Assembly: GCA_902793285.1 (NCBI GenBank)
Contig: CADBCV010000009.1
Location: 1,210-65,209, forward strand
From: Oscillospiraceae bacterium
Lineage (GTDB): Bacteria > Bacillota > Clostridia > Oscillospirales > Oscillospiraceae
Reading direction: 5' to 3'
DNA: 64,000 nucleotides
Part shown: in pieces, positions 1 through 8,963 of the stretch
Numbering within the stretch: position 1 is the first letter of the stretch
How the letters are laid out: each line of letters starts with the position of its first letter
Position numbers and translations under genes: made by a program
The notes under the pieces: model-generated
What the model was told of the DNA's origin: nothing
Database searches by the model: none
Seen by the model: the letters and a program-made list of their open reading frames with translations, nothing else

Positions 1-253
1 ACGAATAATACGTATTATCCGCGGTGCCACCTTGCATTCATGGGCTGACCCATGCACTTAAACTGGATACCGACATAACCCCGGCAACTGACGTATGCCT
101 GCACGTTGCATTCTACTCGGCGGACTGACACCTTTCGATGCACCCTCAGCGGCCCATCTGACGATCTGTTTCTCACCCGGCTCTCAGCTCCCCAGGCTCT
201 CTGTACAGGCATAATCGCCGTTACTCCCGCTTCAACGGTTTGATGATTTAATT
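1..253 (-). promoter_or_regulatory. T-box riboswitch leader, 5' part (terminator/antiterminator 3' half and regulated gene lie left of the window)
   Basis: The minus-strand RNA from the promoter at 260-288 carries the T-box motifs in canonical order: AGUA (rc 222-225), AG-bulge ACAGAGAGCC (rc 195-204), distal loop GCUGAGAG (rc 181-188). These are followed by the specifier-side loop AGAUGGG (rc 153-159), Stem III CAUGGG-UCAG-CCCAUG (rc 39-54) and the T-box sequence GGUGGCACCGCG (rc 20-31). Confidence 0.75.
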
Positions 254-259
254 GGCTGA

Positions 260-288
260 ATTATACTCCCTGTTCGGTCGGTTGTCAA
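260..288 (-). promoter_or_regulatory. Sigma-A type promoter (consensus TTGACA-17 nt-TATAAT) driving the T-box leader
   Basis: The reverse complement of 283-288 is TTGACA and of 260-265 is TATAAT, with an exact 17-nt spacer. Confidence 0.7.
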
Positions 289-367
289 ATCCCTGCGTAT
301 GTTTGGTCAAGGCAAGAAATTGCAGGAAAACAATGTGACATTGACACGGACTGCAGCCATGGAGTGC

Positions 368-396
368 TTGCATCTGCTCCTTACATTCGTTATAAT
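368..396 (+). promoter_or_regulatory. Candidate sigma-A promoter TTGCAT-17-TATAAT for the membrane protein/ABC operon
   Basis: TTGCAT at 368-373 and TATAAT at 391-396 with a 17-nt spacer. This leaves a leader of about 130 nt before the ATG at 536. Confidence 0.5.
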
Positions 397-535
397 CACG
401 TTATAATCATTCCATGGTGCTGAAGCCGGGCTGCAGTGCAAGGCCGCTGCGGAGCCTCGCGGAACGTTCTACGGCGTTTCGCCATCCGGCGGTCAAGACA
501 ATACCCTTCTGCTTGCAAGGGGGACGGAGGCGCAT

Positions 536-1327
536 ATGTTCACAAGAAATCACTTTATCTGGATGGCAATATGCCTGCTGTTGATCATCATCGGGTTGCG
601 GCAGCTCATAAAGCGCAGGGTGCCGCTGCGCAGCGTGCTGGCTGTCTGCTGTGTTCTGGCGGTGTTCTCTGAATACATCAAGGTTTTAAGCTCGGTGGAG
701 ATGCTGCCGCTCAGCGGCACCGACGGCAACTATCCCTTTCTGGATCTGGGTCATCTGCCCTTTCACCTCTGCTCGATCCAAATTCTTTTTATCTTTTATG
801 CCCGCTTTGCCCAAGCTTCTCCCAGGCGGGATACGATCCTTGCCTTCATGTATCCCACCTGTGCGGCGGGCGCGTTCTTTGCGCTGCTGCTGCCGAGCAT
901 CTTTCCCAGCAGCATCGATATCTCCCAGGCGTTTACCCATCCCCTTGCCTATCAATACTTTCTCTGGCACTGCGCGCTGATCGTGCTGGGGGTGTATATT
1001 CCGCTTTCCGGCGAAGTGCGGCTGTCCGGAAGGTATTATCTGATTACCTGCGGGCTGCTGACCGTGACGGCTTTCGCGACCATCTATCTCAACTCCGCGT
1101 GCTCCGCGGCAGTCTATGCGCTCGGAAAGCCTGTCAGCCTTGACTTCGCAACCAATTTCTTCTTCACCATGCAGACGCCGATCGGCCTGCCGCTGATCAC
1201 GCGGCAGCAATGGATGCTGTATTATCTCATTTTGCACCTGCTCGCCTATCTGCTGATAGGGCTGCTGTATCTGCCGTTTATGAAAAAAGACCGGGCACGC
1301 CGGGGCAGAAGGGATGCGACAATATGA
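536..1327 (+). CDS. Polytopic integral membrane protein (YwaF/TIGR02206-like, tentative)
   Basis: 263-aa ORF with multiple hydrophobic helices and GGAGG about 6 nt upstream of the ATG. Its stop overlaps the next start (ATGA at 1324-1327). The family assignment is from memory only. Confidence 0.6.
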   Translation: MFTRNHFIWMAICLLLIIIGLRQLIKRRVPLRSVLAVCCVLAVFSEYIKVLSSVEMLPLSGTDGNYPFLDLGHLPFHLCSIQILFIFYARFAQASPRRDTILAFMYPTCAAGAFFALLLPSIFPSSIDISQAFTHPLAYQYFLWHCALIVLGVYIPLSGEVRLSGRYYLITCGLLTVTAFATIYLNSACSAAVYALGKPVSLDFATNFFFTMQTPIGLPLITRQQWMLYYLILHLLAYLLIGLLYLPFMKKDRARRGRRDATI

Positions 1328-2538
1328 AAGATTATGAATCCCTGTTCGTTCAAACCGCGTGGAAGATCATGGAGGAGCTTCACCGCGCTTCCTCCACCGC
1401 GGAGGGGCTTTCCGCCTGCCTGAACAGTCTGTGTGAAGCGCTCTCCTGCGATCAGGGCTCCGTCTGGGTTTCGGACAGCAGCGGTGATCATCTGCTTTCC
1501 ATGGCGGAGCGCGGGTCGGCATATCACATCGGAATGCGTATAGAAAAAGGCAAGGGCGCCGCGGGCAGAGCCGCAATAAGCGGCGAGCCCATATACATCA
1601 ACGGCGGGGAAGACCGCGGTCTTCTCACCGATGTCGAGCGCGATGCGGGGCTGCCGGAGAAGGCCCTGCTGTGGGTTCCCCTGCGCACAAGACACGGCGT
1701 TTTAGGCTGTGTTCAGCTGGGCCGGCACGACACGGATTTTACGCCGGACGACCGACGCATTGCCGCGCGCTGCGGCAGCATAATTGCGCTCGATCTGGAG
1801 GAAAAAGGGATCGACTTTCTGCCGGATGTGCTCCGCCGCCCGCTGCTGTCGTTCAGAAACGTGACACGAGAATATGAAAACGGTGACCGGACGATACGCG
1901 CCCTGAACCGTGTCAGCTTGGATATCTATGAAAAAGAGCTGCTGGCCATTCTGGGAGAGAGCGGTTCCGGGAAATCCACGCTGCTGAACCTGATCGGCTG
2001 CATGGATCGCCCGACCGAGGGGCAGATCCTGGTCGACGGAAAAGACTTTTCCGCCCCGACAGAGGATGAGATGACGGAATACCGCCGCAGCACGATCGGC
2101 TTTGTGTTTCAGTCCTACAACCTGATGCCGACGCTCACAGCGCTTGAGAATATCCGTTTTATCGGGGAGATCAGCGACAAGCCCATGGACGCGGAGGAGG
2201 CGCTTTCACTGGTCGGGCTCTCAGAGCGCGCCAACCATTTCCCCTCTGCCCTCAGCGGCGGGCAGCAGCAGCGCGTCGCCATTGCCCGCGCGATTGCCAA
2301 GTCGCCGCGTCTGATTCTCGCGGACGAGCCCACTGCCGCCCTCGACTATGAGACGGGAAAGGAAGTCCTGCAGGTTTTGCAGGCTGCCGTAAAGAAAAGC
2401 GGTGCTACGCTGGTCATCGTGACGCATAACACCGAGATCGCAAAAATTGCCAACCGCGTGATTCGTATGAAGGACGGGAAAATCCTGGGTGTGCATATCA
2501 ATCCCAATCCCCTGCCCGCAAGCGAGCTCTCCTGGTAA
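1324..2538 (+). CDS. ABC transporter ATP-binding protein with an N-terminal GAF-like domain
   Basis: The ATG at 1324 lies inside ORF 1210..2538. The N-terminal ~170 aa are GAF-like ([39 protein letters not shown]). They are followed by Walker [10 protein letters not shown], signature LSGGQQQR and Walker B LILADEPT. Confidence 0.85.
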   Translation: MKDYESLFVQTAWKIMEELHRASSTAEGLSACLNSLCEALSCDQGSVWVSDSSGDHLLSMAERGSAYHIGMRIEKGKGAAGRAAISGEPIYINGGEDRGLLTDVERDAGLPEKALLWVPLRTRHGVLGCVQLGRHDTDFTPDDRRIAARCGSIIALDLEEKGIDFLPDVLRRPLLSFRNVTREYENGDRTIRALNRVSLDIYEKELLAILGESGSGKSTLLNLIGCMDRPTEGQILVDGKDFSAPTEDEMTEYRRSTIGFVFQSYNLMPTLTALENIRFIGEISDKPMDAEEALSLVGLSERANHFPSALSGGQQQRVAIARAIAKSPRLILADEPTAALDYETGKEVLQVLQAAVKKSGATLVIVTHNTEIAKIANRVIRMKDGKILGVHINPNPLPASELSW

Positions 2539-2552
2539 AAAAGGAGGAAGAC

Positions 2553-4967
2553 ATGAAAAAAACGCGATTGACAGAGGGTCTGCGCAATATTCTGAAAAAG
2601 AAAGCGGCTTTCCTGACGCTTTGCCTGATCATCACACTGGGTCTGGGCGGCTTTTGCGCAGCGCAGTTTGCCCAGAGCAGCATGAAAGCTGCCGGAAAGG
2701 CTTTTTTTGAGCGCGGCGCCTTCAAGGATTATGACATGTTCTGCTCCGTCGGCATTGATCGGGCCGGCCTGGAGCGCATTCGGGCGGTTGAAAGTGTTGC
2801 CGCCGCGGAGGGGCGCTTTGAGACGGACGCCGTTTATTCCTATGGCGCGACCGACCGGGCTGTCCGTGCCCTGTCGCTGACACAGGAAGTCAGCATCCCG
2901 CAGCTGCGCGAAGGGCGCCTGCCCGCACGGGCGGACGAGTGTCTGGTAGACCCCGATCTGCTGGGCGACAGCGGCGCAAAGCTCGGGGATTCCATCAGCC
3001 TGCGCAGCAAGGCTGCCTCAGGCGGACTCTCCGGCAGCTATACCGTTGTCGGAACCGCCTATCACCCGGACTATCTGCGGCGGGACACGGTTTATACGGT
3101 AGTACTGACGCAGGAGGCTTTTGACCCCTCGGGAAAGCTGCCGTTTTCCAGTGTGAGTGTGCGTGCCGCACGGGACGGCGACGCGGATGTCTTTTCGGAA
3201 GCGGGCTTCCGGCAGACCGCAGCGACGAAAGCCGCGCTGGAGAAGCTGTCCGATGCCCTGCGCGAGGATACGCGCCGCCGTCTCGAAGAAGCCTGTCCGG
3301 GGGTGGAGATCCCGGAGGAAATGCTCGGAAACTGGATCGTGCTTGACCGCCGTTCCAACGCCGGCTACACGGAATACAGCTCCACCATCGGCGCGGTGAA
3401 CGGCGCCGGCTCCTGCTTCGGCCTGCTGTTTCTGCTGGTCATGGCGATGGAATGCTTTTCCACCGTATCTCTCCTTGTGGAGGAACAGAAAAAACTTGTC
3501 GGAACACAGAAGGCTTTCGGTTTTCGCCGCCATGAAGTACTCTCGCGGTATCTGCTTTTCGGCGTCGGGGCCGCTCTGATCGGTACGGTGCTCGGCATCG
3601 GTCTTGCCTACGGACTGGGGCGGCTGCTGCTCTGGCTGCTGGAACAGACGGAGCTCTACGTTTTTCCTGCCAGGAAGCTCGTGCTTCTGCCCTGGGTGAT
3701 GCTTGCCGCCGGGCTTGGGGCGGCGCTGCTGTGCGCGCTGTCTGCCTCTCTTGCCTGCCGCGCGCTTCTGCGCAGCAGCGCCAATGATCTGATGCGGGGT
3801 GCCCTCGGCACAGGCGGCAGAAAAACCGCCAGGCACTCAAGCCGCAGCGTATACAGCCAGCTTATTCTTCGCAATCTGCTGCGGGAAAAGGCGCGCGTTG
3901 CGCTGACCGTGATCGTGACGGCCGCAAGCTGCATCCTGATCGGCGCGAGCATCACGGTGAAGCTGGCCTACGACGGGATGAACATCCGCCAGCTCCGGGA
4001 TGTGTGGCTCTATGACCTGCGCGTGGATCTCGGGCCGGATACAGAGGCCGCGGAGAGGGAAAAGCTGGAACAGGAGATGGATGCGCTGGGAGTAAGCCGC
4101 ATTTCGGCGGGATACGGGAGCTGCCTTTTTGAAAACAGCGACCGGCTCGATGCTGCGATCGTGATATGCGCGGATGCGGATGCGCTTGGGCGCATCGTGG
4201 GGCTGGAGGACCCGGTCAGCGGTGAAATCCATGTACCGGATGACGACGGGATTTTGATCCAATACCGCATGGGGGAAAACCTCACGCTCGGCACGGGAGA
4301 CAGTCTCACCGTGCTGGACGCGGGCTTCCGGCGTCGGGAATGCCGCATAAACGGATTTGTCCAAAACTATCAGAAGCGGATCATCCTTTTCACCCCGGCC
4401 TGCTACCGGAACCTGTTCGACGCGGATTTTCCGCAGAACAGCTATTTTCTCAGGCTGAACGGCACATCGGATCAGGCGCTGCGGGAAGCCTTGCTTGCCA
4501 TCTCCGATGACCTCGGTTTCGAGCGCGCCGATTCCTTCTTTGACCAGTACCGGGCAATCGCGTTTATGTACAACGCCGTCGTGCTGGCGGTCACGGTCAT
4601 TGCGATCCTGATTTCCTTTGTCATTCTCATTAACCTTGCCTCGATCTTCGTATCCCGGAAAAAACGGGAGCTGATCGTCATGCGCATCAACGGGTTTTCT
4701 CTGCGCAGGACGCGGGGATTCCTGACGGGCGAGGCTTTCGTGACAACGGCGGCGGGTCTCGTTCTGGGCACGCTGGCCGGTATCCCGATCGGCGGCATAG
4801 GTATCCGATTCATGGAGACGCCGGATGTCATGTTTGTGCGTGAGGCGCAGCCTGCGGCCTGGGCGGCGGCGGTACTGCTGGAGGGCTTTTTTGCCATGCT
4901 GATATACGGGACGGCTATCAGGCGTGTGAAGAACTATCAGCTCAGCGATCTGAACGACGCGGGCTGA
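2553..4967 (+). CDS. ABC transporter permease with two FtsX-type domains (MacB-like)
   Basis: 804-aa ORF starting 14 nt after the ATPase stop, with an AAGGAGG RBS. It has N- and C-terminal 4-TM bundles separated by large extracytoplasmic segments. Confidence 0.8.
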   Translation: MKKTRLTEGLRNILKKKAAFLTLCLIITLGLGGFCAAQFAQSSMKAAGKAFFERGAFKDYDMFCSVGIDRAGLERIRAVESVAAAEGRFETDAVYSYGATDRAVRALSLTQEVSIPQLREGRLPARADECLVDPDLLGDSGAKLGDSISLRSKAASGGLSGSYTVVGTAYHPDYLRRDTVYTVVLTQEAFDPSGKLPFSSVSVRAARDGDADVFSEAGFRQTAATKAALEKLSDALREDTRRRLEEACPGVEIPEEMLGNWIVLDRRSNAGYTEYSSTIGAVNGAGSCFGLLFLLVMAMECFSTVSLLVEEQKKLVGTQKAFGFRRHEVLSRYLLFGVGAALIGTVLGIGLAYGLGRLLLWLLEQTELYVFPARKLVLLPWVMLAAGLGAALLCALSASLACRALLRSSANDLMRGALGTGGRKTARHSSRSVYSQLILRNLLREKARVALTVIVTAASCILIGASITVKLAYDGMNIRQLRDVWLYDLRVDLGPDTEAAEREKLEQEMDALGVSRISAGYGSCLFENSDRLDAAIVICADADALGRIVGLEDPVSGEIHVPDDDGILIQYRMGENLTLGTGDSLTVLDAGFRRRECRINGFVQNYQKRIILFTPACYRNLFDADFPQNSYFLRLNGTSDQALREALLAISDDLGFERADSFFDQYRAIAFMYNAVVLAVTVIAILISFVILINLASIFVSRKKRELIVMRINGFSLRRTRGFLTGEAFVTTAAGLVLGTLAGIPIGGIGIRFMETPDVMFVREAQPAAWAAAVLLEGFFAMLIYGTAIRRVKNYQLSDLNDAG

Positions 4968-5169
4968 GGCCGGGCTGCGTCAGCGCCTTGCCTTTACTCT
5001 GGCGGCTATGCGCAGACCTTCCGCCGTGCCCTCAGGCTCGGCGCAGGGATTCGGCTTTTCGCATCCTGCACACATGAAGCCCCTGCAAACATCCTGCCAG
5101 CTCGATTCAGACGCGGATTGTACACATGAAGAAAATTATTTTTTATTATAACACGTGCATAAAACATTA

Positions 5170-5203
5170 GGGCCTGCTTTCCCATTAAGGGGAAACAGGC
5201 CCC
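5170..5203. terminator. GC-rich hairpin between convergent genes (bidirectional terminator candidate)
   Basis: GGGCCTGCTTTCCC-attaag-GGGAAACAGGCCCC has a T-rich flank on the plus strand. It lies immediately downstream of the minus-strand stop at 5213. Confidence 0.6.
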
Positions 5204-5212
5204 GCTTTTCTT

Positions 5213-7372
5213 TTACTCCCAGCCCATTTTGCGGCGGCAGTTGCCGTCTGCGTCATAGCTGTAATAAATGTTGCCGCCGGTAAAGCCCGGCGCGTCGTCA
5301 TTGTCGCGGTGGAGCTCTGCGGTCAGGCGGCCAAGCTCGTCGTACTCATAATCCACAACGCTCCACATATTGCCCGTGTGGGTCTCGCTGTGGAGAATAC
5401 GGCCGTCCTCGGCATAAGTGTTCACGATTTCGTTCGTCATGGTATCGCCTTCCCACCAGGTCTCGCGGACACGCTTGTGGTTTTCGTCATACGCATAGCG
5501 CGCCGGGCGCAGCATGTCACTCATGACGCGCCGCTCAACAGGATCGCCGTTTTCCTCAAAATCGATCTCTGTCCATTGGAGCATACTGGGATCGGGGGAC
5601 TCCATGCGGGCAGTGAGGATGCCGCCTTGCTCTGTATAACCCTTGGCTTCAAGCGGTACACCGAAGAGGTCGAAGATCGTTTTGCCGTACTGGTAACCCT
5701 GCCACTGGCCGTACTGCCAGAAAGCGTCGGCGCCGCTCGCGGCGGTAAAGACAAGGTCGCGGCTGCCGTCGGTGTACGTGAGGTACAAGGGATTGAAGCG
5801 CGGGTCCCCGGCGTCAAAGGAATTTATGTCGCTGTCTCTCAGCATCAGCGTCAAGGCGTCAAGATCGGCAGGATCGGAGATCGTATAGGTTTTTCCGTTC
5901 TGCTGGGCATACAGGGATGCGGACGCCAAAACTTTTTCCTCATTCTTGAGCCATACGTAATCGGGATTCTCCTCCGTTCCGATGTTTTTTGCCATGTCCT
6001 TTTTGGGGATCGGCAGCATGTCGAAGCTCTCAAGCGCCAGCGGCAGGCCGTTTTCATCTCTCGTCACACAGACGCTTCGGCAGTATACCGCGCCCTTGTC
6101 GCTCGGCACCGTGCGCCAGTTGACGGGCTTGATCGGTGTTCCGGTAAAGCTGATCCAGCCGATATCTACCCTGCCCCATTCAATGCTGTATTCTACAAGA
6201 CGGAAGTCCTGAATATAAGGCGCGATCTGCTGTTCATAGACGGCGGAGATCGTGGGCTTCAGATTCGCCTGGCTCTCCGGAATCATGCTCAGGTCAATGT
6301 CGGGATTCGTCAGTCTCTCCACCGCGCTCTCGGCGCTGTACTGGTGATAGGTGAACTCCCCGTCCATGCCGAGGGCGGGATCGTCCAGCGCGGCCCAGTT
6401 GAAGGAATCGGCAATGACCTCGAGGTCCTCATGACTCAGCGCAAAGCTCACGAACTTATCCCCCAGTCCGTCCAGTCTGCCGTCGTTATAATAGTCGGCC
6501 CAGCCGGATTTGGCGACGGATACCACCACAAAGCTGTCCGGCCTGTCGAGGATCAGAAACGCGCCGTGCGCAGAATCGGAGATGGTGAGCGTCTGGCCGT
6601 CAGGCGTCGCGTGCTGCCATTCCGTATAATCGTTGGGATCGCCGGCGTTCATGGTCACATAGCCCAGCACGCCCTTCATCGCCCGGCGGAACTGATACGG
6701 GATCGCATATGTGCCTCCCCCAGCCGCTTGCGGCGTTTGGGGGAGGGGGACCGCTTCAGCGGTGGAAGGGGTCTCGAGCGCAAACAGCGTCCCGTCAAAC
6801 TGGAAGCTGCCGCTTGTGTAGACATAGCCCCCGCTGTAATCGTTTTCAAAAGCCTCGTTCCCGCATGTGAGCTTGCCGACGCCCGCCGCCTCATAGAAGC
6901 TGCGCTCATCAGGCGGGGTGCTCAAGACTCCCAGGCGTTTCAGACCATATTTGCCGCACAGGGCGTCGATCTCGTCCGCCATCTCTTTCGTGGTCACGCC
7001 GTAAGGACCATAGTCTTCCATAAGGTCAATGGCCTCCTGCGCGTCAAAGGGATCATTGCGGTGGGCATCGTAATAACTGAGCCACTCGGAAAGCGCCTGC
7101 CCCTCCGGGCTGTCGCTCAGGCCCTCCATGCTCAGCATCTTCATGCCAAAAAGGCTGCCTGCCCGCATATTGCCGAGGCCGACAAGTCCGGCCGCATAGG
7201 CAGCGCCGATCAGCAGAGCCGAAAGCACAGCCGCGATCAGCACGATGCGGACGATTTTTCCTGGGCCGCGTTTTCTCTCGCGGAGCTTGTAGCCCAAAGC
7301 CTTGCGTGTGCGCTCCAGAAGCGCGTCTTTCGTGTCGTTAAGCGCCAAGAGGAGCATTTCTTCGTTCAGCAT
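5213..7372 (-). CDS. Membrane-anchored anti-sigma-like protein with a large extracytoplasmic domain ending in YD (RHS-type) repeats
   Basis: I take the ATG at 7372 (MLNEEML...), preceded by AGGAGG and overlapping the sigma stop. There is a single TM helix (IVLIAAVLSALLIGAAYAAGL). The C-terminus carries YAYDENHKR, YEYDELGRL and YYSYDADGN. Confidence 0.75.
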   Translation of the reverse strand: MLNEEMLLLALNDTKDALLERTRKALGYKLRERKRGPGKIVRIVLIAAVLSALLIGAAYAAGLVGLGNMRAGSLFGMKMLSMEGLSDSPEGQALSEWLSYYDAHRNDPFDAQEAIDLMEDYGPYGVTTKEMADEIDALCGKYGLKRLGVLSTPPDERSFYEAAGVGKLTCGNEAFENDYSGGYVYTSGSFQFDGTLFALETPSTAEAVPLPQTPQAAGGGTYAIPYQFRRAMKGVLGYVTMNAGDPNDYTEWQHATPDGQTLTISDSAHGAFLILDRPDSFVVVSVAKSGWADYYNDGRLDGLGDKFVSFALSHEDLEVIADSFNWAALDDPALGMDGEFTYHQYSAESAVERLTNPDIDLSMIPESQANLKPTISAVYEQQIAPYIQDFRLVEYSIEWGRVDIGWISFTGTPIKPVNWRTVPSDKGAVYCRSVCVTRDENGLPLALESFDMLPIPKKDMAKNIGTEENPDYVWLKNEEKVLASASLYAQQNGKTYTISDPADLDALTLMLRDSDINSFDAGDPRFNPLYLTYTDGSRDLVFTAASGADAFWQYGQWQGYQYGKTIFDLFGVPLEAKGYTEQGGILTARMESPDPSMLQWTEIDFEENGDPVERRVMSDMLRPARYAYDENHKRVRETWWEGDTMTNEIVNTYAEDGRILHSETHTGNMWSVVDYEYDELGRLTAELHRDNDDAPGFTGGNIYYSYDADGNCRRKMGWE

Positions 7373-7854
7373 AATCCTTCCTCCTTCAGGTAATCCTGCA
7401 GCTTTTTCCGGGTGCGGTGCAGCATGGTGCTCACCTTCCCCGGCGTGAAACCGAACCTCTCGGCAATCTCCTTTACTCCGGCGATATACCAGCACCGGGC
7501 AATAAAAACCTGCGCTTCCGTCTCATCAAGGGTATTGAGGAAATGCTGCAGGGCCTCACTGAGCTCTTTCAGCTCCACACGCTTCTCTAAATCTGTCCCA
7601 TCGGGGACGACCTCGGCAAGCTCGTCCAAAACCAGTGCTGTTTCTCCGCCGCCGCGACGCAGGGCGTTCTGTTCACGAAGCCGGGTAAGGGAAAGCCATC
7701 GGGTGAGCTTTGCCAGATACGGCGCGAGCACTTTCGGGCGGTTCGACGGCATGGAGGCAATGGTGTGACAATAGGGGCCGAACTTCGCAGCGGTCTCCGG
7801 GATCGCATCCTCAGAGCGCTGCCAGTACAGCTCCACAATTTTAATGTCCTCCAA
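7366..7854 (-). CDS. ECF-type sigma-70 family RNA polymerase sigma factor (short; part of region 2 missing relative to the paralogue)
   Basis: 162-aa ORF that aligns by eye with the 188-aa paralogue at 8960..9526, except for a gap of about 23 aa after ...KFGPYCHTIA. Region 4 (EIAERFGFTPGKVSTMLHRTRKKL) is intact. Confidence 0.75.
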   Translation of the reverse strand: MEDIKIVELYWQRSEDAIPETAAKFGPYCHTIASMPSNRPKVLAPYLAKLTRWLSLTRLREQNALRRGGGETALVLDELAEVVPDGTDLEKRVELKELSEALQHFLNTLDETEAQVFIARCWYIAGVKEIAERFGFTPGKVSTMLHRTRKKLQDYLKEEGLC

Positions 7855-7992
7855 TCCACTGTCTCCTTTCTGTTTTTTGTCTCACCCTAATAAAAGCGTT
7901 TTGCAGGAAAATCTTACAGAAAAAATTATTTTATTATACCATGTCCTCATATCTCAAAACAGGCGTCCCCTTGGAAAGGATCGCATAAGACC

Positions 7993-8135
7993 GTAGGGGA
8001 GGGGCTTGCCCCTCCCGCGCGGCAAACATTCCGATATGGTAAAATGTACGGCGATTTCGTAAAACCTACGATTTCGCCGTACAATGCTTTTTATAGGTAT
8101 CTTCTACTGCCGGGAGGGGCAAGCCCCTCCCCTAC
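7993..8135. repeat. Palindromic intergenic element, family A, copy 1 (143 bp)
   Basis: The 25-bp termini GTAGGGGAGGGGCTTGCCCCTCCCG (7993-8017) and CGGGAGGGGCAAGCCCCTCCCCTAC (8111-8135) are exact inverted repeats, and each is itself a hairpin. The internal inverted repeat is TGTACGGCGATTTCGTA...TACGATTTCGCCGTACA. Confidence 0.9.
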
Positions 8136-8180
8136 GATGTATCGGTATGATTATGTGTTTTAAGACATCGCCAATTTGTT

Positions 8181-8963
8181 TCATTTTTTTGCCGCTTCCA
8201 GGATCTCTTTTGCCATCTGCGCAAGGGTGTCAAAAGAATCCTCTGAAGCGTACATGTCCATCAGCGTGTAGTTTACGCCGTCTATCTCGAAGTCGGCAAA
8301 GGCCATGTCCCGCTCCTCGATTCCGTCCGCGCCGAAGGAGATATAGTAGTGCCCCGCGGCCTCGCGCGCGAGATCGTCCTCCGTCTTCTCATAGTCCGGG
8401 GGGACAAACTTATAGTGATCCCGGCTAAGCCCCACCGTCACGCCGCCGATCATCCGCTCTTCGTTGGGCGCGGGCGCCGCATGGCCTCCCTCAAGCTGCA
8501 GAATCGGGTTCACATCGAGATACAGCTTTTGTGCGTCAGGCTTCGCATAGGTTACAGAAACACCGTAGTACTCATGCAGCACCTCGTTGCTCTCCCCGTA
8601 TACGGCCTGGCCGACCACGTGCAGACCGTCGAATGCATAGCCGTTGGAAAACGCAGCGGGCGCGGTTACGGGGTAGCCCACGTCTTTCTCCACTTTCTCA
8701 AGCGCCGCAAGGCTTTCATAATCCGCTTCTTTCGGCATGAGATGCGTGCCTGTGGAACGGGGAATCCCCGACAGCGCATAGGCCGCAGCGCCCAGCGCAA
8801 GAATAAGTGCCGCTGCCAATGCAATCGCTAAAATCTTTCTTTTTTTCATCTGTACGATCCTTTCCGGAGGCTTCGACGCATCTCCGGGCGCATAGCGGAT
8901 CGCTTCGGCAATGAATCTGTCATCAAGCTCAGAAAGGGTCTCAAATGCCTGTTCCCGGTTCAT
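8181..8963 (-). CDS. Anti-sigma factor-like single-pass membrane protein
   Basis: 260-aa ORF whose start overlaps the stop of the upstream sigma gene (8960-8963). It has a cytoplasmic N-terminus, a TM helix (ILAIALAAALILALGAAAYAL) and an extracytoplasmic domain. Confidence 0.75.
   Translation of the reverse strand: MNREQAFETLSELDDRFIAEAIRYAPGDASKPPERIVQMKKRKILAIALAAALILALGAAAYALSGIPRSTGTHLMPKEADYESLAALEKVEKDVGYPVTAPAAFSNGYAFDGLHVVGQAVYGESNEVLHEYYGVSVTYAKPDAQKLYLDVNPILQLEGGHAAPAPNEERMIGGVTVGLSRDHYKFVPPDYEKTEDDLAREAAGHYYISFGADGIEERDMAFADFEIDGVNYTLMDMYASEDSFDTLAQMAKEILEAAKK

Noticed and set aside
15-212. 65-aa ORF on the minus strand. I also briefly considered cobalamin or SAM riboswitch motifs (CCCCGGCAACTG, GGTGCC).
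   Set aside because: Motif order does not fit the cobalamin or SAM-I consensus. The region fits a T-box leader instead, which also explains the lack of an RBS and the odd composition of the ORF.
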